Shown here: in pieces, positions 1 through 7,888 of the stretch
How the letters are laid out: each line of letters opens with the position of its first letter
Numbering within the stretch: position 1 is the first letter of the stretch
Source of the DNA: an uncultured Candidatus Saccharibacteria bacterium
Lineage (GTDB): Bacteria > Patescibacteriota > Minisyncoccia > UBA6257 > XYB1-36-10
DNA: 64,000 nt
NCBI GenBank assembly: GCA_964362215.1
Contig: CAYIDJ010000002.1
Location: forward strand, 911 to 64,910
Direction of reading: 5' to 3'
Made by a program: the position numbers and the translations under genes
The notes under the pieces: model-generated
Databases searched by the model: none
Told to the model about the DNA's origin: nothing
The model's input: only the letters and a program-made list of their open reading frames with translations

Positions 1-1755
1 GATAGCCGACATTCCTACAGAAAGAGGAACGTTACTTTCTTCAGCGGTGAAGAAGGCCAGACCCGAGGGGATGGGGGTGGGTGGGACGCGAGTTGGAGTC
101 GCGGTGCGGGTGGAGGTGGGCGGGACGCGAGTCGCGGTTGGACGTGGCGTCGCGGTGTTGGCGGGAGTGGCGGTGTTAGTGCCGGTCGGCGTAGCGGTGG
201 CAGTCGGTGTCGGGGTATTGGTCGTGCCAATACTTAAAGCCGACGTTGATGTCGGGGTGGCGGTGGGTTGGGGATCGACCACCGAAAACATTAATATTTG
301 AATTCGGGGTCGATTCTCGCTGTTAAAGGCGAGAATGGAGATTTCAAATTCTCCCGTCGCTGATGTTATCAGCGTGGCGAGGATGGCGCCAGCACTTTCA
401 TTAATGATGGAGATTTCGTCTCCAAACACTAAGAGATCCGCTGGGCGGCCGGATGGTTCGGCGGCGGTGATGAGAATAGACACACCCTGTGTTCCTTGAA
501 GAATGTTTTCCAAGGAACGTGAGCCGAACAGAAATGTAGAGATGATAATGTTCGGTGTGGAGGGGGTGGTGGTGGGGGATGGAGCGGGGGTTGCGGTTGG
601 CACCGAGGTCACGATCGGTTCCGGTTCGGCGACTGTAGGAGTCGCGGTGGCCGGGACTGGTGTGAAAGTCGGTGTTTGAGTCGCGGTGGCTATCGGTATA
701 GGCGTTGATGTCACCGTTGGGGTGGGGGTGGGAGTCGAAGGAGACTCAAATGGGAGCACATCGATTATCACGTCTCCGCTTTGAGTCATTGAATTGCTGT
801 TGTTACGCTCGGTTACATACCAGTGGATGATATCTACTCCGCTAAAACCTCTGTTTGGGACATAGGTAAAACTTCCGGTGCGGTTCATCACAGTGATGTC
901 ACTTTCTTCCCAATGCCCAAACTCTGGTGGGGGGATTATGAAGAAAGATAACGGATCACCTTCTGGATCGGTGGCGGGCAATAGAATGGGTAAAGGCGTG
1001 TTTATATAAGTCCTTACCCTCATCTGTCTGCTGATAACAGGAAGTCTGTTTTGTCCGCCGGAGCCGCTGCTGCCGCCCGAAGGGGCGGGAGTCGCGGTGG
1101 GCGGTACTGGCGTTGCGGTGGGCGAGCTTCCGCCACTTCCGCCGGATGGGGTGGAAGTAGGTGGTACCGGAGTGGCAGTAGGTGAACCACTACCTCCACC
1201 GGATGGGGTGGAAGTGGGCGGTACGGGAGTCGCGGTGGCGGTTGGAGAGTAAGTAAACTCTCCAGCGCTGCGGCTGACGCCGTCCACTGTCAGGTTTCCG
1301 ATGTACAAACTACCACCTCCTGATTTAAGAAAGGTGATTTCTTGGACATAGAATAGTGGACTTGCATAGTTTAGGAAGGGCGTAGAAAGACCACCGGCGG
1401 TGCCGATAGTAGCCCAATCGAAACTACTGCTTGTCTGAATACTGTTTAGTGAGGCGCCAGTTCCCGCGTACGGAATGCTACCGTTACTGTAAAACGTATG
1501 AAAGAAGTTAAGCGGTGGGCTGGCCCAAGAACTACCAGCGGAATTGTAGCTCACGATGTTGTGGAATAAACCTGGCTGGTCAGCTTTTCTGATAACAATA
1601 TGGGTTATCAGGGCGGCATCCCCCCTAATTTCTAGAGAAACGCCGAAACTGTTAAGGGTGGCGCCGGAGCTGATGGTTAACGCTGATGTTGGTGTTGCCG
1701 AAAAGAATACTAACAATACTGCCAATACTAATGCGGTGATCGGTGTTGCTTTCAT
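1..1755 (-). CDS. Secreted surface protein, C-terminus cut by window edge (Thr/Pro-rich linkers, cadherin/Ig-like module)
   Basis: Absent from ORF track because no stop lies in the window. Reading the reverse complement from ATG at 1755 (GGAG upstream) stays open to base 1 (585 codons). N-term MKATPITALVLAVLLVFFSATPTSA looks like a signal peptide. PTATPVPPTSTPSGG linkers repeat. 'DPEGDPLSF...GSFTYVPNRGFSGVDIIHWYV' fits the cadherin-like/Big repeat pattern. Confidence 0.7.
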   Translation of the reverse strand, partial: MKATPITALVLAVLLVFFSATPTSALTISSGATLNSFGVSLEIRGDAALITHIVIRKADQPGLFHNIVSYNSAGSSWASPPLNFFHTFYSNGSIPYAGTGASLNSIQTSSSFDWATIGTAGGLSTPFLNYASPLFYVQEITFLKSGGGSLYIGNLTVDGVSRSAGEFTYSPTATATPVPPTSTPSGGGSGSPTATPVPPTSTPSGGSGGSSPTATPVPPTATPAPSGGSSGSGGQNRLPVISRQMRVRTYINTPLPILLPATDPEGDPLSFFIIPPPEFGHWEESDITVMNRTGSFTYVPNRGFSGVDIIHWYVTERNNSNSMTQSGDVIIDVLPFESPSTPTPTPTVTSTPIPIATATQTPTFTPVPATATPTVAEPEPIVTSVPTATPAPSPTTTPSTPNIIISTFLFGSRSLENILQGTQGVSILITAAEPSGRPADLLVFGDEISIINESAGAILATLITSATGEFEISILAFNSENRPRIQILMFSVVDPQPTATPTSTSALSIGTTNTPTPTATATPTGTNTATPANTATPRPTATRVPPTSTRTATPTRVPPTPIPSGLAFFTAEESNVPLSVGMSAI

Positions 1756-1894
1756 TTTCCTTCTCCTTTTTTTTGGAATTTTTTCCAATATTTAGTTATC
1801 TAAGAACCGGTCAGATTATAGGATATTTTTATTGTAATGTCAACAATGCGGGCTATCGGCTGATAATTTGCAGTTGGTAGAAAAATAGAGGAAA

Positions 1895-1994
1895 CTGGAT
1901 TCCCGCTTTCACGGGAATGACAGAGGAGGGGACTGGATTCCAGCTTCCGCTGGAATAACAAGGCGGAAGGGATGGATTCCAGCTTTCGCTGGGA
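1895..1994. repeat. Three tandem REP-like hairpin units (CTGGATTCC-N-GGAATGACA type)
   Basis: ctggattcccgctttcacgggaatgaca (1895-1922), ctggattccagcttccgctggaataaca (1933-1960), ggattccagctttcgctggga (1972-1994). Each is a short stem-loop. They lie in the divergent intergenic region. Confidence 0.8.
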
Positions 1995-2131
1995 CCCGCC
2001 CAACGGAGTTGTTCGGGCAAGTGACAGAAAAGGAGAGGGAGTTGACAAGGGTTTTTATATGGTATATAATACGGCGGAATTAATATTCAGTCGGTTAGGG
2101 CGTTTATTTATTAGGTTTTAAGCAATAATTT

Positions 2132-3808
2132 ATGATTAATAAGTTTGTAGGTTTGTTAGTGGTCGGTTTGGTTATTACCAGCTTGTTTTCGGGTGCGCCG
2201 GTGGTCGTGGCGGCAAGCGTAACTCCAGCAAACGGCGGGCAGAATCTGCCAACTGGGTCGGGATTTGTGAATTTAACTAATGTGTTTATCAGTGAGGTAG
2301 TGGGAGGGGAGATAAGCGTGGGAACGCACATAATTAACCTTCCGGCCGGATGGGAATTTGATACCAGCGGCACGGTTGAGATTGTCACTACAAGTTCGCT
2401 TATGGTGATTTCTCCTACTTCACTTAATCCGGGAGCGAGTTCTTTTTCGTTTCAGATACAGTCGCCGTCAGTGCCGGCTTCTGATTTAGCGATTAAATCA
2501 ATGCGGGTGCGGCCGACGGGAACGGCGGGTGGCAATATCACTCACAGCGGCGCGGCGATTACCGGAATTGTAAATGGCGCGACGAGTTTGGGAGCGTTGT
2601 CAGTGGCGGGTGGTGGCGGAGGCGGTTCATCTTCCGTGGGGCCGCTTTTGGCGGCTGGTGGCGGGGGAGCGGGAGCGCCGATTGTTCCGCCCAGTGGTAT
2701 TTCCGTTCGTATTAACAACGGAGCGGAGACGACTAACAGCCGAACGGTAACGCTTTATATCGTAGCCACTTATGCCGGTGATATGATAATCGCTAACGAC
2801 GAGCCGATTTTTGAAAATTCCGTGCTGGAGTCGTTCGCGGAGCGTAAGACGTGGACATTGTCGGCGGGGGCGGGCGAGAAGCGAGTGCACATAAAGTTCC
2901 GCAGTCCGACCGGCGTTTATTCGGAAGCGGTTTCCGATTCTATCCGGTATGAGCCGGCCGCGGTGGCAGCGCCGATGCCGGAACCGGGTTCGCCCGACGT
3001 CAATATTGATGGAACGATTGATATTGGGGACGCGGCGACGGTTATCACCGGCTGGAACAATGCGGGAGCGACTGACATCAACCGTGATGGAGTTACGGAC
3101 ATAAAAGATTTCAACGCGGTGATGGCGGGGTGGGATGGGGCGGTTCCTTCCACTCGCAGCGGCGCGGCGGACACGATTTTCAGATTGTCTCCGATTATTA
3201 CCGAGGCACGCACTGGCGGGCAGGTGGCGGTGACAATTGAAGTTCTGCCGGGTTCAAACCCAATTTATACTACCCGTTTAGTGCTTAACTATTCGGCGAA
3301 TATGCTGGAGGTGGCACAAGTGAGTTATGAAAACGGATGGATGCCTTTATCTATCGGAATTAACGCGTCGGACGCGGCCGGCACATTGGTGCGGACGGCT
3401 GGGTTCCCTCGCGGATTGGATTCAAACCGGAATTTTATGAGAGTGGTGTTTAATGCCAAGCGGCCGGGGACGGCAACGGTGTCCGTTAACAGCGGCTCGG
3501 TGGCAATGGATGGACGCGGCTTAAATGAGTTTGGCGGCGGATTGGCGCAGACGGCGATAACGATTACCGGTACGCCAGTGGCGGCCGCGACGATAGTGAC
3601 GCCGGCGGCGAGAGTAACTTCGGTAGCGCCGACGGCGGGAACTGAAGCAGAAGCGCCGGTAACAGAGACAACGGAACAGCCGGTACAGCCGTTAGGAGCT
3701 TTGGTGGTGGATTTGTTTAGCAATTTGTCACCGGCGGCGTACGCGGCGGCGATAGCGATTTTGGCGGCGGCCGGATATGGGGCCAGACGGTGGTTTATGC
3801 CGTTCTAA
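2132..3808 (+). CDS. Cell-surface protein with dockerin-like repeats and a cohesin-like domain, C-terminal membrane anchor
   Basis: 558-aa ORF with N-terminal hydrophobic segment. 'DVNIDGTIDIGD...TDINRDGVTDIKDF' is a paired dockerin/EF-hand-like DxNxDGxxD repeat. 'IFRLSPIITEARTGGQVAVTIEVLPG...LVLNYSANMLEV' is cohesin-like. C-terminal 'AAYAAAIAILAAAGYGARRW' is a TM segment. Confidence 0.7.
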   Translation: MINKFVGLLVVGLVITSLFSGAPVVVAASVTPANGGQNLPTGSGFVNLTNVFISEVVGGEISVGTHIINLPAGWEFDTSGTVEIVTTSSLMVISPTSLNPGASSFSFQIQSPSVPASDLAIKSMRVRPTGTAGGNITHSGAAITGIVNGATSLGALSVAGGGGGGSSSVGPLLAAGGGGAGAPIVPPSGISVRINNGAETTNSRTVTLYIVATYAGDMIIANDEPIFENSVLESFAERKTWTLSAGAGEKRVHIKFRSPTGVYSEAVSDSIRYEPAAVAAPMPEPGSPDVNIDGTIDIGDAATVITGWNNAGATDINRDGVTDIKDFNAVMAGWDGAVPSTRSGAADTIFRLSPIITEARTGGQVAVTIEVLPGSNPIYTTRLVLNYSANMLEVAQVSYENGWMPLSIGINASDAAGTLVRTAGFPRGLDSNRNFMRVVFNAKRPGTATVSVNSGSVAMDGRGLNEFGGGLAQTAITITGTPVAAATIVTPAARVTSVAPTAGTEAEAPVTETTEQPVQPLGALVVDLFSNLSPAAYAAAIAILAAAGYGARRWFMPF

Positions 3809-3906
3809 CTAGATAATAGATGGAAGATATAAGATAGAGAGAGGAGAGATTCTTCACTGCGTTCAGAATGACAGAAAGGGAGCGGAAATATTATAGATAA
3901 GATAAA

Positions 3907-3941
3907 AATCCGTCTCGACCTCAAGTCGGGGCGGATTTTTG
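3907..3941 (+). terminator. Intrinsic terminator-like hairpin + T tract
   Basis: aatccgtctcgac-ctcaa-gtcggggcggatt followed by ttttt. Confidence 0.5.
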
Positions 3942-3966
3942 TTGACGGGGAGGGGAAGGAGGATTT

Positions 3967-4410
3967 ATGATGAAGGCAGAAATTTTAAAATCATATTTTG
4001 AAGGTAAAGGAGGAAATAGCGCCATGATTTCATTTAATAAGGCAAAACGACAAAGTACGTGGCTGGATATAATTTTAAAGGAGCCGGAGTATTTTGGTGA
4101 ACCATATGTTTTAGAATTTGAGAAAGAAGTGGTGCTGGATGTGACGAATTTTGAAGTTCTAAACGATGTTTTAGGCGACCGGATGAATGAAGGAGTAAGA
4201 AAGTTGGTGGTTGATATGGGAAACGTCAGCCGTATGACCGCTAATGCTTTAGCGGTACTAACCGCCAAGAACGAAGAGTTTAAAGCGAAGGGCGGGGAGA
4301 TAGTGCTGGCTAACCTAACTTTGTTAATGGAGAATTTTTTAAGAGAATTGCACTTTGATACGATTTTCCGTATTTTTGGAAGTGTGGAGGAGGCGATGGA
4401 CTTATTTTAA
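3967..4410 (+). CDS. STAS-domain protein (anti-sigma-factor antagonist, SpoIIAA-like)
   Basis: AAGGAGGA SD before the ATG. 'LVVDMGNVSRMTANALAVLTAKNEEFKAKGGEIVLANL...LHFDTIFRIFGSVEEA' matches the STAS fold pattern. Confidence 0.7.
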   Translation: MMKAEILKSYFEGKGGNSAMISFNKAKRQSTWLDIILKEPEYFGEPYVLEFEKEVVLDVTNFEVLNDVLGDRMNEGVRKLVVDMGNVSRMTANALAVLTAKNEEFKAKGGEIVLANLTLLMENFLRELHFDTIFRIFGSVEEAMDLF

Positions 4411-4419
4411 TGAAGAGGA

Positions 4420-4447
4420 CTGGATTCCTGCTTTCGCAGGAATGACA
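4420..4447. repeat. REP-like hairpin copy
   Basis: ctggattcctgctttcgcaggaatgaca directly after the STAS gene stop. Confidence 0.8.
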
Positions 4448-4562
4448 CGGAAGTAAAAGATAAATCCCGGAGATGATATCAAAGGGATTTTTTATTTTGG
4501 AAGCGAAGCCTGCCTACGCTCTGTCGAGCTTCGGCGGGGCGAAGTGGTATAATGAAAAGCAA

Positions 4563-5426
4563 ATGAGGAAGATATTTTTTATCGCAGTGATGGTGGTGGC
4601 GGTGGGGGGAGTTTGGTGGTGGGGACAACAAAACGGTATTTCCTGGCGAGAACTGCCGGCAGAGTTTATGGCGCTGGTTGAGGATTCTTTTAAGCGGGAA
4701 GTGGAGTGGAAGACGACGACGATAGGAGAGAATCGGAAGTTTACGGCGGATGTGCCGGAGAATTGGGAGGCGACGATTAGCGGGAACGGGCTTACCCTTT
4801 CCAGTCCGGAGTTAGGAGAGACAATAAAGATTGAAACAGCTTCAACAACGGTGACGTTGCCGGTGGAGGAAGTCAGCCGGAGCGAGACGGTTCAGGTTGG
4901 GGGGCAGGAAGCGGTGGTGGTGCGGGGAGAAGGAGAAGAACCGGATACGGCTTATGTGCCTTTGCCGGACGGGACGCAAGTAGTGGTGACGGGCAAGGGG
5001 GAAGTATTTGAAGAAACATATAAGCGGATTGACCCGACACCGAACGAGCCGGACTGGAAACTGTTGGGAGTGGAGGCGCCGGAGACGGAGAGAATCGCGG
5101 CGGTACTGGACGAGTATTTGCCGAAGTTCGCGCCGGAACCGGCGGCGGCCGGAAAAAAATGGCAGAGCGAGGCGGTAGTCAGAATTATCGGACAACCGTT
5201 CGCTTATGTGGGATATGGGGATGGGGAAAGTAAACAGACGCTGATTATTAATTTGATGACGCCAGCAGGAGAGGTACCGGCGACTATCGGCTATTACAAA
5301 ACGGAAATAAAACAACAAGGAGGAAAGTGGGTGGTGATGGGTTCGCCGGACAAGGCAATTGCGATTTTGCCGGAGGCGGCGGCGGGATACGCGAAGGGGA
5401 GTGGCGGCACGTGGGAGAAGAAGTAG
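4563..5426 (+). CDS. Membrane-anchored hypothetical protein
   Basis: ORF 4473-5426. I prefer the internal ATG at 4563 (MRKIFFIAVMVVAVGGVWWW signal anchor) because an extended -10 (TGgTATAAT, 4545-4553) lies 9 nt upstream. Confidence 0.55.
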   Translation: MRKIFFIAVMVVAVGGVWWWGQQNGISWRELPAEFMALVEDSFKREVEWKTTTIGENRKFTADVPENWEATISGNGLTLSSPELGETIKIETASTTVTLPVEEVSRSETVQVGGQEAVVVRGEGEEPDTAYVPLPDGTQVVVTGKGEVFEETYKRIDPTPNEPDWKLLGVEAPETERIAAVLDEYLPKFAPEPAAAGKKWQSEAVVRIIGQPFAYVGYGDGESKQTLIINLMTPAGEVPATIGYYKTEIKQQGGKWVVMGSPDKAIAILPEAAAGYAKGSGGTWEKK

Positions 5427-5431
5427 GTTTT

Positions 5432-5536
5432 AGTAAAAGATAATTGTTTGTGAGACACGTGTATTTTCTGGCTGGAAAATCACTCTGATTCGCACCGCCG
5501 TGCTCCGCGCGGTCTCACAAACAATTATCTTTTACT
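5432..5536. repeat. Long hairpin element, family C copy 1 (25-bp perfect inverted repeat, ~55-nt conserved loop)
   Basis: agtaaaagataattgtttgtgagac (5432-5456) is the exact reverse complement of 5512-5536. The loop ends in ctctgattcgcaccgccgtgctccgcgcg, which is shared with 42694-42748. Confidence 0.85.
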
Positions 5537-5606
5537 GTACACTTGGCTCTGGCGAATGTTTTTGTCGATTGGATTGTGCCGAGGGGAAAGAAATTATATT
5601 TAAGAT

Positions 5607-5656
5607 AGCCTGCCTAAATTTTTACATGAGTAAAAAATTAGGCAGGCTTTAATTTT
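5607..5656 (+). terminator. Terminator-like hairpin of the AGCC(C/T)GCC-AT-rich family
   Basis: agcctgcctaaattttta-catgag-taaaaaattaggcaggct followed by ttaattttt. Confidence 0.6.
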
Positions 5657-5733
5657 TATACACAACCGAAGGCAGATTTTAGTTTCGGTTTGTGGTAAAA
5701 TTACGAAGGCGGTTAGAAATAATTTTTTATAAA

Positions 5734-6627
5734 ATGAATTTGTTTGATTTTAAGGAGCAGGGAATATTTGCGATGGCAGCGCTGGACCATCGGCGGAGTT
5801 TGATGAAGATGCTGGGGAGTGGCGGCAAGCGGAAAATGACGGAGTGGAAAGAAGAAGCGTTGGGTGGCCTTGCGGGGGTGGCGTCGGGAGTGTTGCTGGA
5901 TATGGAATACGGATTGCCGGCTTACCGGAAGTTAAAATTAAACAAGCCGTTTTTGTTGGCGATGGAGGCGAGCGGGTGGACGGGAACGGAAAATAATCGC
6001 CGGACGCGGCTGGCGCACTCGGCGAGAGAGATAAGAGAGGCGGGGGCGGGGGGAGCAAAGTTACTGGTTTATTATAATCCGGCGGCGAAGGGGGCGGGGG
6101 AAGTGAAAAAGACAGTGGCGCGGGCGGCGGAGCAGTGCCGAAGAGAGGAAATTCCGTTTTTGCTGGAAGTGATGACGTATAAAGTTGACGGGAGAGAAAA
6201 AAAAGCCGACTTGATTATTAAATCAATAAAAGAATTAGAGACGGGGAAAGTGGATGTATGGAAGCTGGAGTTTCCGGGAGACGCTAAAACGGCGGCAGGA
6301 AGGAAAAAAGCGGCAGAGGCGTGCCGGAAAATAACGGAGGTGCTTGGAGACAGACAATGGATACTGCTTTCGGCAGGAGATGATTTTAACGTGTTTAAGA
6401 GGCAGGTTGATGTGGCGACGGCGAATGGGGCGGCGGGGTTTTTGGCGGGTAGGGCTTTGTGGAAAGATTTTGGAAAATATAAGAATAGGAAAAAGTTTTT
6501 TACGGGAGTAACAAGGAGGCGTTTAGAGCAAATCAAAAAAATAGTGGTGGAAAATAAAGGGGGACACACTGACGTTTTTAGTCGTAGTTTCGGTCGGAGT
6601 TTGTGGTGGAAGGAGTTGTGGAGGTAG
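5734..6627 (+). CDS. Class I aldolase, LacD/DeoC family (tagatose/fructose-bisphosphate aldolase-like)
   Basis: 'FAMAALDHRRSL', 'AKLLVYYNP', 'PFLLEVMTY', 'VWKLEFPGD', 'ILLSAGDDF', 'GFLAGRALW' follow the LacD-type TIM-barrel pattern. ATG at 5734 preferred over the upstream GTG at 5692. Confidence 0.6.
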   Translation: MNLFDFKEQGIFAMAALDHRRSLMKMLGSGGKRKMTEWKEEALGGLAGVASGVLLDMEYGLPAYRKLKLNKPFLLAMEASGWTGTENNRRTRLAHSAREIREAGAGGAKLLVYYNPAAKGAGEVKKTVARAAEQCRREEIPFLLEVMTYKVDGREKKADLIIKSIKELETGKVDVWKLEFPGDAKTAAGRKKAAEACRKITEVLGDRQWILLSAGDDFNVFKRQVDVATANGAAGFLAGRALWKDFGKYKNRKKFFTGVTRRRLEQIKKIVVENKGGHTDVFSRSFGRSLWWKELWR

Positions 6628-6635
6628 GTGTGTTT

Positions 6636-6688
6636 GAGTGGAGTTAAGGTAGCTGTCTTTTTACAAAAAAAGACAGCTTTTGATTTTT
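6636..6688 (+). terminator. Conserved 3-prime module (GAG..GTTAAGGTAGC + hairpin + T tract), stand-alone copy
   Basis: gagtggagttaaggtagctgtc-tttttacaaaaaaa-gacagcttttgattttt right after the aldolase stop. Confidence 0.6.
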
Positions 6689-6789
6689 AGGAGCGGTGTT
6701 GTTGTTGACTGATTTTGATGGATGTGGTATACTAATTGAAGTTAAATAACTTTGATAATAAAAAAATAAATAAATAAGGGAGAAAAAAG

Positions 6790-7728
6790 ATGATAAGGAA
6801 AGCGGATGGAAAGAAGTTGCCGGTGATTGACGGGAAGTTGGTAGCGCATCTTGACCGGTGCGGGCGATTGATACGGCGAGCGCACATTGCTGTGGTAGCC
6901 ACGGTTTTCTTTTTACTGGCGAGTTTGTGCGCCGTTTACGTGACTCTTTCGGGAGTGTTTGTGGGAGTGGCGGCATACTATTTATTGTATGTTGATGGGT
7001 TTTTTGCCGCGGCAACTGTAATAAGTGCCGGACTTGTTTTCTGGTGGTTTAGAAAAGCTAGAAAGAACCGAGTGGGGGTGGAGATGATAAAGATTCGCTA
7101 TCAGCCGGGAGGAAAGAGCGAGGAGTTTATTATTATTTTTCCGGCTGACGGGAAGCCGCCTATTGAAGTGCCTTTCGTTGAGTTTAAAAAATTAGGCGGA
7201 AGGCACAAAATACCGCCGGTGTGTTATTATCGGGCGCCGGGCAAGACGACTGTGATTGCCTCTTGGAAGTTCTCGGTTATAGAAATGGAGTGTTTTGTTT
7301 TTATATGCGAGGATGCTTCGCCGGCGGCTTTGTTTAGATTCTGTCCAAAACCTCTAAAAGGAGCTGGTTTTGTTGAGCAAATGGAACTAGTTTTGGGAGA
7401 ATGGCTATCAAACAAATGCAGTGCCTGTAATGACGAGAAGCGAGTTTGGAAGCGGTTGGAAGCAGTAGGAGAATGCTTAAAACATAATAAGTATATTCCT
7501 TTCCGTTGCGGATTTTCAATTGAGGTGAAGGTTCGTAAAATACTGATGGACGGAAGGATGGTTTGGTCGGATGATATTATAATAAGAATATCAAAAAAAG
7601 CTCTTCGTGATATTCTGCGTCCCGGTAATCTGTGGCAACAAAGAGCTAAGAAAAGATTGCCGATGGGCAGAATTGAGCTAGTGGAAGATGACGATGTGAA
7701 AAAAAGAGTACATTCAGCCCTGCGTTAG
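6790..7728 (+). CDS. Hypothetical membrane protein
   Basis: 312-aa ORF with two or three N-terminal TM segments and a Cys-containing C-terminal domain. No motif recognised. Confidence 0.5.
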   Translation: MIRKADGKKLPVIDGKLVAHLDRCGRLIRRAHIAVVATVFFLLASLCAVYVTLSGVFVGVAAYYLLYVDGFFAAATVISAGLVFWWFRKARKNRVGVEMIKIRYQPGGKSEEFIIIFPADGKPPIEVPFVEFKKLGGRHKIPPVCYYRAPGKTTVIASWKFSVIEMECFVFICEDASPAALFRFCPKPLKGAGFVEQMELVLGEWLSNKCSACNDEKRVWKRLEAVGECLKHNKYIPFRCGFSIEVKVRKILMDGRMVWSDDIIIRISKKALRDILRPGNLWQQRAKKRLPMGRIELVEDDDVKKRVHSALR

Positions 7729-7888
7729 CGGGGCTTTTTATTTTTAATTATTTTAGTAAAAACACAAAATAAAATATATGTTTTATTTTATTGCAGGAAC
7801 GTTTTTTATTCTGTGTTGTAAAGCCGCGTGTTTTATGGTTAATTTAAAAATAGAAGTTTGAGAATAAAAAACAGCGGAAGGGAGAAGG

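Noticed and set aside
1895-1994. Three evenly spaced 28-nt hairpin repeats (CRISPR-like spacing)
   Set aside because: There are only three units, the 10-11-nt gaps are far too short for spacers, and the same unit is dispersed singly elsewhere (4420, 12488, 39888). This is REP-type behaviour.
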